From NCBI GenBank assembly GCA_012728115.1, contig JAAYFS010000055.1:11779-75778 (forward strand): a stretch of DNA of 64,000 nt, in the 5' to 3' direction. Both the position numbers and the translations under genes were made by a program. Source of the stretch: Bacillota bacterium. Its GTDB lineage: Bacteria; Bacillota; Limnochordia; Darwinibacteriales; JAAYFS01. Of the stretch, positions 9,766-19,419 are shown one piece after another; within the stretch, counting starts at the first letter, position 1, and every line of letters starts with the position of its first letter. The notes beneath the pieces were generated by a model. It did not search any database. It saw only the letters and a list, made by a program, of their open reading frames with translations, and was not told the DNA's origin.

Positions 9766-10908
9766 GTGAAAAAACTAGACTTAAGAATACCTGGTCCAGT
9801 TCCACTACCTGAACAAGTACTACGTGCAAATGCTCAACCAATGATCAATCATCGCGGAAAAGATTTTACTGCAAGACTACCCGTGATTTTAAATAGATTG
9901 CGCCCCCTTTTTGGAACTAAAGAAAATATTCTCCTGCCACTCACTGGTTCTGGCACTGCTGCGATGGAAGCAGCAGTAGTCAACGTTGTAAGCCCAGGTG
10001 ATTCTGTCTTAGTCTTGGTAGGAGGATCTTTTGGTGATCGCTGGCTGCAAATGTGTCATCGGTTTGGAGCAAAAATTTATGCAATTCACTACCCGTGGGG
10101 AGAAGCAGCTGATCCTAATTTAGTAAGTGAATATTTAAAACAGCATCCCGAAATCAAAGCGATCTTTGTTACTCATAATGAATCTTCGACTGCTGTTTTA
10201 AATGACATTCAAGCGCTAGCCGAAGCTCGCAGCGATTCTGATGCATTGATTATAGTGGATGCGGTAAGTTCCTTAGGTGGCACCCCTGTTGAGATGGATG
10301 CTTGGGGACTTGATGTTGTTGTGACCGCTTCCCAAAAATGCTTAATGGCACCACCAGGACTATCATTTATTTGTTTATCTTCGCGTGCCAGAGAAGTTGT
10401 CAGTAAAACGGAATCGTTGAAATATTATTTCGATCTTAGTTTATATGAACAGATGCTCGAAAGCGGCGAAACGCCATTTACTCCTAATTTGTCTGCCTTT
10501 TTTGCTTTAGAAGAATCCTTAAAGCTAATCGAAGAAGAAGGATTAGAGCAAATCTTCAAACGCCATATTTTGTTAAGAGATATGGCACGCGCAGGAATCA
10601 GAGCGTTGGATATACCATTATTAGTTAAAGACGAGTGGGCATCGCCAACAACAACGAGCGTTGCACCTCTCGGTGTTGATGTAGACAAAATCAGGCTCAT
10701 GATCCGCGATGAACTTGGTGTGGAACTAGCTGGAGGTCAAGGACAACTAGCTGGAAAAATATTCCGGATCGGTCACATGGGATATGTTACTCCACTAGAT
10801 ATACTGACTTGTCTAGCCGCCATAGAAATCGCATTCAAGAAGCCTGGGCAAGCGGTCGCTGCCGCTGAAAAAACGTGGAGGTTTAAGGATGAAAGCGGTA
10901 TTGTTTGA
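9766..10908 (+). CDS. class V aminotransferase (serine-pyruvate/alanine-glyoxylate aminotransferase family)
   Basis: A PLP-dependent AGXT-like sequence. The frame is open from TTG 9745. The GTG at 9766 is chosen for its spacing from the RBS GGAGGTG at 9752-9758, but ATG 9760 is also possible. Confidence 0.7.
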   Translation: MKKLDLRIPGPVPLPEQVLRANAQPMINHRGKDFTARLPVILNRLRPLFGTKENILLPLTGSGTAAMEAAVVNVVSPGDSVLVLVGGSFGDRWLQMCHRFGAKIYAIHYPWGEAADPNLVSEYLKQHPEIKAIFVTHNESSTAVLNDIQALAEARSDSDALIIVDAVSSLGGTPVEMDAWGLDVVVTASQKCLMAPPGLSFICLSSRAREVVSKTESLKYYFDLSLYEQMLESGETPFTPNLSAFFALEESLKLIEEEGLEQIFKRHILLRDMARAGIRALDIPLLVKDEWASPTTTSVAPLGVDVDKIRLMIRDELGVELAGGQGQLAGKIFRIGHMGYVTPLDILTCLAAIEIAFKKPGQAVAAAEKTWRFKDESGIV

Positions 10909-11536
10909 TCTAGATGAAACACTATTACGCATCGATTTCGATAGATTTATGCACCAATATCTCGAGGCTATTTCCCGATATTTTTCCAATTATCTTGAGC
11001 CTAAGATTTTTGTGCAAGAATTACTCAATGGCGTGGAAGTTATGCTCAAAACCAATGATCCACAGCGAACTATTATTGAAGTATTTGCCGATTATTTTTT
11101 CTCAAGCACAGGTTTAGATCCCAATCTGATGCAGAAGTTTACGCAATTCTATCTCGATGAATTTCCCAAGCTTGCTCATGTTTCGCAAGAGATACCTGAA
11201 GCGAAAGAAGTCATTAAAACCGCTTTCGATAAAGGGTATAAAGTGGTGATCGCTACTAATCCTGTTTTCCCATCTGAAGCAATTCATGAACGACTAAGAT
11301 GGGCTAAGGTATCGCATTTTGATTATGATTTGATTACCTCAGGAGATAATATGCACAGTTGTAAACCACATCTGACTTATTATCAAGAAATTGCCCAAAT
11401 TATCGATGTTCCTCCGGAACAATGTTTAATGGTGGGCGACGATATTGAAAATGATGGTCCGGCAGCAAAAATTGGCATGAAAACATTCCTCCTTACAAAC
11501 GGACGCAAACTAATCGATGTAGTAAGTATTCTCTAA
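10889..11536 (+). CDS. HAD-superfamily hydrolase
   Basis: The N-terminal FDLDETLL matches the DxDxT motif. The 215-aa size fits. Confidence 0.7.
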   Translation: MKAVLFDLDETLLRIDFDRFMHQYLEAISRYFSNYLEPKIFVQELLNGVEVMLKTNDPQRTIIEVFADYFFSSTGLDPNLMQKFTQFYLDEFPKLAHVSQEIPEAKEVIKTAFDKGYKVVIATNPVFPSEAIHERLRWAKVSHFDYDLITSGDNMHSCKPHLTYYQEIAQIIDVPPEQCLMVGDDIENDGPAAKIGMKTFLLTNGRKLIDVVSIL

Positions 11537-11556
11537 GCCAAAGAAGGGACGTAGCC

Positions 11557-12333
11557 ATGGAATTCACTGTTTTAGATGCGATCGATATTCTCTTAGTTGC
11601 ATACATGATCTATCGACTTATGAATTTGATTCGCGGGACCAGAGCAACCACTTTAATTAAGGGACTAGCAATAATATTCGTCGCCAGTGTGGTCGCTCGT
11701 CTCTTTAATTTGAAAACTGTTAGTTGGCTTTTGGATCGAGGAACAACAGTGATTTTAGTTGCTCTCCCTGTAGTTTTTTACCCTGAACTTAGAAGAGCAC
11801 TTGAACAGATCGGGAAAGGGCAATTGTTTTCGCGCTTTAATGTAGCTTCACGTGCGGAGATCGACCAAACAGTTGAACAAATCGTTTCGGCGTGCGTAGG
11901 ATTAAGTGCAAGGCGGGTTGGGGCGTTAATAGCGATCGAGCGAGAAATTGGTTTACAAGAGTATGCTGATACAGGAATAAGGGTTGATGCCCTTGTTTCC
12001 AAAGAACTAATAAGCACTATTTTTGAACCGAAATCATTACTTCACGATGGCTCGGTGATTATTCGTGATGAAAGAATAGTTTCGGCTGCTTGTGTCCTGC
12101 CTCTGACTGAGAGACAAATAGATAAACGGCTTGGCACAAGGCATAGAGCTGCGGTTGGTCTAAGTGAGCAAACCGATGCTCTAATCGTAGTGGTTTCGGA
12201 AGAAACGGGAGTAATTTCCCTTGCTGTCGGTGGCCGTTTAATCCGATATTTAAATGAAAAACGCTTAAAAGAGTTATTGAATTATTATTGGCAAAGAATA
12301 AGCGACCATCCCTTTCGAAGGAGGGGTGAGTAA
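11557..12333 (+). CDS. cdaA: diadenylate cyclase CdaA (DisA_N domain, membrane-anchored)
   Basis: Three N-terminal TM helices are followed by a DAC domain (ALIAIEREIGL...HDGSVIIRD...TRHRAA). Confidence 0.85.
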   Translation: MEFTVLDAIDILLVAYMIYRLMNLIRGTRATTLIKGLAIIFVASVVARLFNLKTVSWLLDRGTTVILVALPVVFYPELRRALEQIGKGQLFSRFNVASRAEIDQTVEQIVSACVGLSARRVGALIAIEREIGLQEYADTGIRVDALVSKELISTIFEPKSLLHDGSVIIRDERIVSAACVLPLTERQIDKRLGTRHRAAVGLSEQTDALIVVVSEETGVISLAVGGRLIRYLNEKRLKELLNYYWQRISDHPFRRRGE

Positions 12334-12335
12334 GA

Positions 12336-12470
12336 AATGGCAAAATTCGGTAACCTAATTCGAGTTTCCTTTCGCAAACTTAAGAATATCATAAAAGATG
12401 AAACTCTTTACTTGCGCTTACTTGCCTTATTCTTAGCGATAGTTCTTTGGTTTTTGGCATCAAAAACTTA
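12336..12470 (+). CDS. 44-aa remnant of the CdaA regulator CdaR (YbbR), N-terminal TM helix only
   Basis: MAKFGNLIRVSFRKL...LRLLALFLAIVLWFLASKT* resembles the YbbR N-terminus. It sits between cdaA and glmM and has a GGAGG sequence upstream. Confidence 0.35.
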
Positions 12471-12508
12471 AGAGAACAGGGGGAATTTAATGTGGAGGTT
12501 GATTTAAA

Positions 12509-13846
12509 ATGACTAGACTATTCGGTACAGATGGAGTTCGAGGAGTAGCCAATGAAACACTCACACCAGAATTAGCGTTTAAACTAGGTCGGGCGGGTGC
12601 GGCAGTGCTAACAGAAGGTTCTTCACGCCCCAAGGTTGTGATCGGAAGGGACCCACGGATCTCGGGACAGATGCTCGAATCTGCTTTGATAAGTGGAATT
12701 ACTTCGATCGGTGCAGATGTTATTCTTCTCGGGGTGGTAACCACTCCTGCAGTAGCATACTTGACAAAGTATTTAAAAGCAGATGCTGGAGTTATGATCT
12801 CTGCATCGCACAATCCATACTATGATAATGGAATCAAATTTTTCTCTTCATCAGGATTCAAATTATCTGATGAGGTTGAAGACACGATTGAGCGGCTTTT
12901 AGATAGCCAGTTGCTTCCACGGGCGAAGGATGACAGAATTGGACGAGTTTACCCCTACAAAGAAGCTAATAGCCAATACCAAGACTTCTTAAAATCCTGT
13001 ATCGATTTTGACCTTAATGGAGTACATATCGCAATCGATTGTGCAAATGGTTCTAGCAGTGGGGTTGCTATTGAATTATTAAATTCCCTTGGAGCACGGG
13101 TATCTGTTTTTAACAATAATCCAAATGGACTTAATATCAATGTTAAATGTGGCTCAACTTATCCAGAGGCGATTCAAGAGTACGTCCAAAAGGTTGGTGC
13201 CGACCTTGGTTTAACCTTTGATGGAGATGCCGATCGTGTATTAGCTGTCGATGAGAAAGGACAGCTAATAGATGGAGATAAGATCTTAGCGATTTGTGGT
13301 CTAGCGATGCTAAGAGAAGGAACTTTGAAGAATAAAAAGATCGTTGCCACCGCGTATAGTAATGGTGGATTAATTCAGGTATTTAAGGAACATGGCGGCG
13401 ATGTGATCCTTGCTGGAGCAGGAGATAGGTATGTACTTGAAGCGATGCAAGAACATGATCTAGTTTTAGGAGGTGAGCAATCGGGCCATATCATTTTTTT
13501 AGAGCATAGCACAACTGGTGATGGTTTATTAACCGCTCTAATGCTTCTTTCTGTTTTCAAAAAAAGCGGGAAACCACTTAGTGAACTAGCTGAGGTTATG
13601 CCAGAATATCCGCAGATTTTAGTAAATGTTAGAGTGAGCTCGAAAGAAGGATGGGAGGAAAATCCTAGAATTCAACAAGCTCTCGGAGAGGCAGAAAAAG
13701 AATTAGGCTCACAAGGGCGATTGTTTGTAAGAGCATCGGGAACCGAACCACTCATTCGGATCATGGGTGAGCATCCAGATAAAGAAGTTGTAGAAAAAGT
13801 TGTCGATGCTGTTGCTTCCGTTGTCCGAACAGAACAGGGGGTATAA
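12509..13846 (+). CDS. glmM: phosphoglucosamine mutase
   Basis: MTRLFGTDGVRG and the phosphoserine loop SASHNPYYDNGIKFF are present. Confidence 0.9.
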   Translation: MTRLFGTDGVRGVANETLTPELAFKLGRAGAAVLTEGSSRPKVVIGRDPRISGQMLESALISGITSIGADVILLGVVTTPAVAYLTKYLKADAGVMISASHNPYYDNGIKFFSSSGFKLSDEVEDTIERLLDSQLLPRAKDDRIGRVYPYKEANSQYQDFLKSCIDFDLNGVHIAIDCANGSSSGVAIELLNSLGARVSVFNNNPNGLNINVKCGSTYPEAIQEYVQKVGADLGLTFDGDADRVLAVDEKGQLIDGDKILAICGLAMLREGTLKNKKIVATAYSNGGLIQVFKEHGGDVILAGAGDRYVLEAMQEHDLVLGGEQSGHIIFLEHSTTGDGLLTALMLLSVFKKSGKPLSELAEVMPEYPQILVNVRVSSKEGWEENPRIQQALGEAEKELGSQGRLFVRASGTEPLIRIMGEHPDKEVVEKVVDAVASVVRTEQGV

Positions 13847-13850
13847 GTTT

Positions 13851-15605
13851 ATGTCGGGTATTATCGGATATTTGGGAGAACAAGAAGCTTTTTCAAAAAT
13901 ATTAGCTGGACTAAAAAAACTTGACGATCGAGGATATGATTACACAAAGATCTCAGTCCTCAATCAGGGTAAGCTACAGCACGATAGTTTCGGTGGCTTG
14001 CTAGCAAATGGTCAAGATAGCAATAACTTAACTGGTTCGGTCGGCGTAGGTATTACCACATGGCAAACTCATCGCAGGCTAGTTACTGATGGAACAGAAA
14101 AGTTTACTGTAGTTCAGAATGGTTTCATTGAGCACCAAAGCGTAGATGGTAATGACACAGTCGGTTCTACAATTACTCATTTGCTCGAAGAAAATTACCG
14201 AGAAAATGATGCTATCTCAATTAATCGAGCTATTCAGCAATTAAACGGCGCATTTGCACTAATAGTGATTCATTCTAATCATCCCGAGCAACTTTTTGTC
14301 GGTTGCCAAAAAAGTCCGTTGCTGATTGGCAGAAGCGTAGATGGAGTTTTCGTAGTAAATGATTTTAAAGCACTACCTTCGACCATAGAAGAAGTATATA
14401 TTCTCAATAGCGGAGAAACAGGAATTCTTTCCTTAAATCAGTGTGAATTTTTTGATCAAGACCTAAAACCGATTGAGAAAACAGCCTTAAAATTAATTGA
14501 TAATCAAGAGTTAGTTACGAAATTAGGGTTCGACCACTTTATGTTAAAAGAGATTTGTGAACAACCACAGGCGCTTCAGGACACTGTCCAGGCATGTTTA
14601 AGAGAAAAAGATGGGGAATTCCTGGTTGATCCAAATTTGAAACTATCGCTGACGGATGTAAAAAAGATTCACATTCTTGGCATGGGTACAGCAAGACATG
14701 CAGGACTTTTGGGCAAGGATTTAATTGAAAAAATCTTACGAATACCAGTTGAAGTTCACTTTGGCTCTGAGTTTGCTTATAGCGATCCGATCGTGAATGA
14801 AGATCATCTAACTATCGTAATCAGCCAATCTGGTGAAACCGCTGATACTTTGGCGGGATTACGTGAAGCGAAGCGAAAGGGTTCACGAATTTTAGCGATT
14901 ACGAATGTGATAGGTAGTTCGATCGCTAGAGAAGCAGATGATGTGTTCTATACTCTTGCTGGTCGAGAAATAGCGATCGCATCAACTAAGGCGTATCTTG
15001 CACAAATTACCGCTTTGCTTATGATCACGCTCTACGTTGCTCAACAACAGAAGATTAAAATAGACCAGGAACTATTAAAGGATCTCCTTAGAATACCTTC
15101 CATCTTGAGTAGATTCATCGATGAGTTTAAAGATTTCGCCAAAGATCTTGCCAATAGGCTGAAAGATGAACGCAATATCTTTTATCTTGGTCGGGGACTC
15201 GATTATGCTGTTGTTGCGGAAGGATGCTTAAAATTAAAAGAAACCACCTATATCCACGCGGAAGCCTATTCTGCAGGCGAGTTTCGTCACGGAACGATCG
15301 CCTTAGTTGAAGAAGGTTTTCCAGTGATTTCGGTAGCTTGTACCCCTCAAGTTCATGATAAGCTTGTCAAAAACTTGGAGGAAGTTAAGGAACGAGGTGC
15401 ATTCCTAACAGTACTAACCACAAGCGATACCTTGGCCCTTAAGAATCTAGCAGATCAATTTTACGTACTACCTGTAGTAAATGATCTTCTTACCCCTCTG
15501 ATCAGTGTGGTAGCACTACAACTGATCGCATATCACACCGCGTTGGCAAAAGGAAATGACGTTGATAAGCCACGCAATTTAACAAAGAGTATCACTTCGG
15601 AGTGA
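13851..15605 (+). CDS. glmS: GlmS-family protein (glutamine-fructose-6-phosphate aminotransferase homolog). The isomerase (SIS) domains are intact; the N-terminal glutaminase domain is degenerate, with Cys1 replaced by Ser.
   Basis: It starts MSGIIGY where MCGIVGY is expected. The SIS motifs SQSGETADTL, TKAY, HAEAY..GE..HG and the C-terminal DVDKPRNLTKS are conserved. RBS GGGGG precedes the ATG. Confidence 0.8.
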   Translation: MSGIIGYLGEQEAFSKILAGLKKLDDRGYDYTKISVLNQGKLQHDSFGGLLANGQDSNNLTGSVGVGITTWQTHRRLVTDGTEKFTVVQNGFIEHQSVDGNDTVGSTITHLLEENYRENDAISINRAIQQLNGAFALIVIHSNHPEQLFVGCQKSPLLIGRSVDGVFVVNDFKALPSTIEEVYILNSGETGILSLNQCEFFDQDLKPIEKTALKLIDNQELVTKLGFDHFMLKEICEQPQALQDTVQACLREKDGEFLVDPNLKLSLTDVKKIHILGMGTARHAGLLGKDLIEKILRIPVEVHFGSEFAYSDPIVNEDHLTIVISQSGETADTLAGLREAKRKGSRILAITNVIGSSIAREADDVFYTLAGREIAIASTKAYLAQITALLMITLYVAQQQKIKIDQELLKDLLRIPSILSRFIDEFKDFAKDLANRLKDERNIFYLGRGLDYAVVAEGCLKLKETTYIHAEAYSAGEFRHGTIALVEEGFPVISVACTPQVHDKLVKNLEEVKERGAFLTVLTTSDTLALKNLADQFYVLPVVNDLLTPLISVVALQLIAYHTALAKGNDVDKPRNLTKSITSE

Positions 15606-15609
15606 GGTC

Positions 15610-15996
15610 ATGGAAAGCATCATCGGCAATGGGATAGATATTATTGAAATTGGCCGAGTCAAAAAAGCGATGCAACGTAAGGGCTTTATTGATCGGATCT
15701 ATACAAAGAATGAGCAAGAATATCTTAAGAATAAACCTTATGCCTCTTGGGCTGCGCGTTTTGCAGCCAAAGAGGCAGTTATGAAAGCATTAGGTCTAGG
15801 ATTACGCGAAGGAATTCGTTTTGTTGACATTGAGATCTCAAATGATCCATACGGAAAACCACATATCACTCTATATGGTAGAAGCCTTGAAATAGCGAAT
15901 GAGTTAGGGATTTCACGGTGGTTAATTAGTCTATCTCACAGCAAGGATTTGGCTATAGCCGATGTTTTAGCGATTAAAACTGAATGTCGAAAATGA
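15610..15996 (+). CDS. acpS: holo-[acyl-carrier-protein] synthase
   Basis: GNGIDIIEIGRV at the N-terminus and a size of 128 aa fit AcpS. Confidence 0.8.
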   Translation: MESIIGNGIDIIEIGRVKKAMQRKGFIDRIYTKNEQEYLKNKPYASWAARFAAKEAVMKALGLGLREGIRFVDIEISNDPYGKPHITLYGRSLEIANELGISRWLISLSHSKDLAIADVLAIKTECRK

Positions 15997-16012
15997 GGAG
16001 TTACTTAGTAGG

Positions 16013-17539
16013 ATGAGAGTTGTTACAAGTGAAGAAATGAAAACGATCGATAGAATTGCAATTCAGGAGAAGGGTATTCCAAGCCTGAGTTTGATGGAGA
16101 ATGCAGGAAGTAGCGTAGTAAGAGCTATTGAAGATAGATATGGTTCGTTAACTGCTAAACGGATCTTGGTGCTAGTAGGTCGTGGTAATAACGGCGGGGA
16201 TGGTTTGGTTGCAGCTAGGCATCTTCTAAACAAAGGAGCACAAGTAAAAGTATTTATGCTCCACCCAGCAAATGAACTTTCACCAGAATGCCTAAAGAAT
16301 TTCGAGATTTTTAAGGCTCTTAATGGTGAATACCACTATATTACCGAACGAGATATCCATAAACTTAAACTAAGTATTGGCATTTCGGATATTGTAATCG
16401 ACGCTATTTTAGGTATAGGTGCCAAGGGTCCGTTAAAGGGACTTTATGCTACTGTGGTTGAGATTTTAAACAGTATTGATTGTAAGGTAGTAGCGATCGA
16501 TGTTCCTAGCGGCGTAGATGCCACAACAGGTAAAGTGGAGAGTGTTGCAGTTAGGGCAGACCTAACCGTTGTTCTTGGTCTGATGAAGCAAGGATTACTG
16601 CTATTGTCTGGCTTGGAATATGTCGGTGATTGGGTGGTTGCAGATATCGGAATACCGTATTCGCTAGCCTCTACAGTCAGGCGCTTTGTTACGGATGAGT
16701 CATTATACAAAGCCATTCCAACTAGACCGCGTGATGGTCATAAAGGGACTTTCGGTCATGGGTTAGTGGTTGCAGGTTCTAGGACTATGGCTGGTGCGGC
16801 ATATCTAACAAGTATAGCGATGTTGCGTGCGGGTGCTGGCATGGTGACCTTAGCCGTTCCAGAAAGTATCGCAGGCTTGTTTCCACCGAGCGAAATTATG
16901 ATCGTTCCCATTCCAGATACGCGTGATGGTTGTTTTGGGCGGACAAGTATTGCCAAGATCCTTGAACTATTTCCAGGTAAGGATGCGCTAGTTTTAGGAC
17001 CTGGGTTGGCGAGAATTGATGAAATAACCGAAGTCGTGCTAGAACTATTACTCAACTGGAAAGGCCCGTTGGTTTTAGATGCTGATGGAATAAATGCTAT
17101 CAGCGGTCAAGTAGATATGATTTTGGCGATCAATGAAGAACAGCGAAAGAACTGGATCCTCACTCCGCATCCAGGAGAAATGTCGCGACTAACAGGGGTG
17201 GATTTAGTCAAGATTATCGAAGATAGAGTTTCAATTGCTTATGAAACACAAAAAAAGCTTCAAGTAAACGTTGTTCTCAAAGGATTTCCTACTATAGTGG
17301 TTGGACCAAAACAGCTCTATCTGAATATCACAGGAAATCCTGGAATGGCCTCAGCGGGTATGGGGGATATTCTTTCGGGAATAATCGGGGGCTTGCTCTG
17401 CCAGAAAGTAGCTCCGTTAGAGGCGGCAGCTTTGGGAGTATATGTGCACGGAAAAGCAGGTGATTGTGCTAAACAGACAAAAGGGGAACGAGCATTGATC
17501 GCATCAGATGTAATTGATGCCCTCCCAGCGGTTTTGTAG
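16013..17539 (+). CDS. nnr: bifunctional NAD(P)H-hydrate epimerase/ADP-dependent dehydratase (YjeF N+C)
   Basis: GRGNNGGDGLVAARHL marks the YjeF_N domain. A C-terminal carbohydrate-kinase domain follows. Confidence 0.8.
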   Translation: MRVVTSEEMKTIDRIAIQEKGIPSLSLMENAGSSVVRAIEDRYGSLTAKRILVLVGRGNNGGDGLVAARHLLNKGAQVKVFMLHPANELSPECLKNFEIFKALNGEYHYITERDIHKLKLSIGISDIVIDAILGIGAKGPLKGLYATVVEILNSIDCKVVAIDVPSGVDATTGKVESVAVRADLTVVLGLMKQGLLLLSGLEYVGDWVVADIGIPYSLASTVRRFVTDESLYKAIPTRPRDGHKGTFGHGLVVAGSRTMAGAAYLTSIAMLRAGAGMVTLAVPESIAGLFPPSEIMIVPIPDTRDGCFGRTSIAKILELFPGKDALVLGPGLARIDEITEVVLELLLNWKGPLVLDADGINAISGQVDMILAINEEQRKNWILTPHPGEMSRLTGVDLVKIIEDRVSIAYETQKKLQVNVVLKGFPTIVVGPKQLYLNITGNPGMASAGMGDILSGIIGGLLCQKVAPLEAAALGVYVHGKAGDCAKQTKGERALIASDVIDALPAVL

Positions 17540-17565
17540 TTTATAGAGTTATGGAGTGATTAAGC

Positions 17566-18675
17566 ATGGGAAAACAAACGAGGCCTGCATGGGTTGAAGT
17601 AAATCTAGCTAGCATTGCCTACAACGTTCAGTATTTCAAAAAATTGATCCATGAGAATTGTCAATTGTTGGCCGTCGTTAAAGCAAATGCTTATGGTCAT
17701 GGTGACTTAGCTGTTGTGAGAACAGCTTTATCCAATGGGGCTACTTGGATAGGAGTCGCTTTACCTGAAGAAGGAGTAAGATTAAGGCGAGCAGGGATCG
17801 CTGCTCCAATTTTGGTACTGGGTGCAGTTGGACAAGAACAACTAGAACTATGTGTTACTAAAGATCTCGCCTGTACGGTTTTTCAATGGAGTATTGCTCA
17901 AAGCCTCTCGAATCTTGCAATAAGATACAACAAAACAGTTAGAGTGCACTTAAAAATAGATACAGGTATGGGACGTTTAGGTATTTTACCTTCGGAAGCG
18001 TTACGATTTGCAATCGCGGTAAGTAGATTACCTGGAATTCAGATTCAAGGGATTCTTACTCATTTTGCGACTGCTGATCAACCAGAAGATCAATATGTTC
18101 ATTGGCAGTTAGAGCAATTTGAAAAAGTAATCGCTGAACTCAGCGCTCACCACATTAATATTCCAATTAAGCATTGTGCTAATACCTCTGCGGTGCTCTT
18201 TTTACCAGAGGCACATTTTGATTTGGTAAGAGTGGGAATCGGTTTGTATGGATTGCATCCCCAAGGGAAAAGAAGTAATTTACATCCCGCAATGAGTTTT
18301 AAGTGTCGGATAGCGGCAGCGCGTCGAGTACCAGCAGGGTCAGCGATTAGTTATGGAGCTAGTTATATTACCAAGAAGGAAACAACGATTGCAATTTTGC
18401 CTGTAGGATATGCAGATGGAGTTAGCCGTAGGCTAAGTAATCAGGGAGAGGTTTTGATCGATGGAAATAGGTTTCCGATCATAGGGAAGGTGTGTATGGA
18501 TCACTGCATGGTCGATGTCGGAGATTTTCCAATCGAAATCGGACAAGAAGTGACACTTATCGGACGTCAAGGGAATCAGGAAATAACAGTAGAAGACTGG
18601 GCAGATTGGTTAGGTACAATAAACTACGAGGTTCCTTGTATGATTAGTGAAAGGGTACCACGAATCTATACATGA
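17566..18675 (+). CDS. alr: alanine racemase
   Basis: The PLP-Lys motif AVVKANAYGHG is present. Length is 369 aa. Confidence 0.85.
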   Translation: MGKQTRPAWVEVNLASIAYNVQYFKKLIHENCQLLAVVKANAYGHGDLAVVRTALSNGATWIGVALPEEGVRLRRAGIAAPILVLGAVGQEQLELCVTKDLACTVFQWSIAQSLSNLAIRYNKTVRVHLKIDTGMGRLGILPSEALRFAIAVSRLPGIQIQGILTHFATADQPEDQYVHWQLEQFEKVIAELSAHHINIPIKHCANTSAVLFLPEAHFDLVRVGIGLYGLHPQGKRSNLHPAMSFKCRIAAARRVPAGSAISYGASYITKKETTIAILPVGYADGVSRRLSNQGEVLIDGNRFPIIGKVCMDHCMVDVGDFPIEIGQEVTLIGRQGNQEITVEDWADWLGTINYEVPCMISERVPRIYT

Positions 18676-18718
18676 GGAAGGAAGTTCTTTATCAGATATT
18701 GAATATATATATCTAGAT

Positions 18719-18907
18719 TCATGGAATTTTATTAGCTTTTCTCGAAATTACCTTCGTAGGAATTTGGATCGTCAGAATCGGATTGATGAAGGCTCGATCA
18801 AGTTCTTTTTTTATCTTCTTTGCGTCTTCCTCACTAGCTAAATAACGATCTGCAAAGGGTAACCTGACATTTACTTTTCTTTCAAATTGATCGGAATGTT
18901 GTTGCAT
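18719..18907 (-). CDS. small ribbon-helix-helix (CopG/antitoxin-like) protein, solo
   Basis: KVNVRLPFADRYLASEEDAKK resembles an RHH N-terminus. No partner toxin is present. Confidence 0.3.
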   Translation of the reverse strand: MQQHSDQFERKVNVRLPFADRYLASEEDAKKIKKELDRAFINPILTIQIPTKVISRKANKIP

Positions 18908-19020
18908 AGTGATTCCTCCTGCTACAACTTATTCCTGCTGAAATGAATTGGAATAGGAAAGACTTCCTGTTTTTTCTTTGTTCCAGCTTACTAATACCCA
19001 ATTTTGGAGGTGGATTGACC

Positions 19021-19419
19021 ATGAGTCATCCCGATATGCGTGATGTAATCCTGTTATATCAGAAACAAATTGGGCTTCTTTCCAGTTCTCAGCGCGATCA
19101 ATTATATAAGTTTTTTGAGGAAGGCATGTCTCCTTTTGTGTTAGGATGTGCTATCCTCAGAGCGAAGGAACAAAAACAAAGAAACAAACGAATTTCGTTT
19201 AATTATATAATTGCTATCATAAAAGATTGGATGGAACATGGGCTGACTACCGAAGAAGCTTTTAAGGATTATTGGATCGATAGTCATTCCTCATCATCAT
19301 ATAGGGGGGAAAGAAATGCTGCGGCTAAAGGATTGCCCAAGAGATTTGTTCGAAGCGATTACAAATATACAAAGCCAGATCCACCGCCCAAAGGTTTCTT
19401 TTCGTTCCTGGATGATTAA
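19021..19419 (+). CDS. DnaD/DnaB_2-domain protein (short; replisome-organiser-like)
   Basis: EEGMSPFVLGCAILRA...ISFNYIIAIIKDWMEHGLTTEEA matches the DnaD C-terminal domain signature. RBS GGAGGTGG precedes the ATG at 19021. Confidence 0.6.
   Translation: MSHPDMRDVILLYQKQIGLLSSSQRDQLYKFFEEGMSPFVLGCAILRAKEQKQRNKRISFNYIIAIIKDWMEHGLTTEEAFKDYWIDSHSSSSYRGERNAAAKGLPKRFVRSDYKYTKPDPPPKGFFSFLDD

Noticed and set aside
4800-17055. Many 60-150-aa ORFs antisense to, or embedded in, well-supported genes. Examples are 4800..5180, 6180..6506, 7041..7235, 8017..8355, 8406..8804, 9486..9674, 10425..10700, 10914..11117, 11778..12017, 12059..12343, 12487..12813, 12955..13140, 13375..13560, 16444..16716 and 16756..17055.
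   Set aside because: They lie fully inside conserved housekeeping CDSs on the opposite strand or in an alternate frame and have no RBS. They are the expected false ORFs of a six-frame scan.
18943-19020. N-terminal 26-aa extension of the DnaD-domain ORF as given in the ORF track.
   Set aside because: The ATG at 19021 has a proper RBS (GGAGGTGG). The upstream extension is hydrophobic junk without an RBS.
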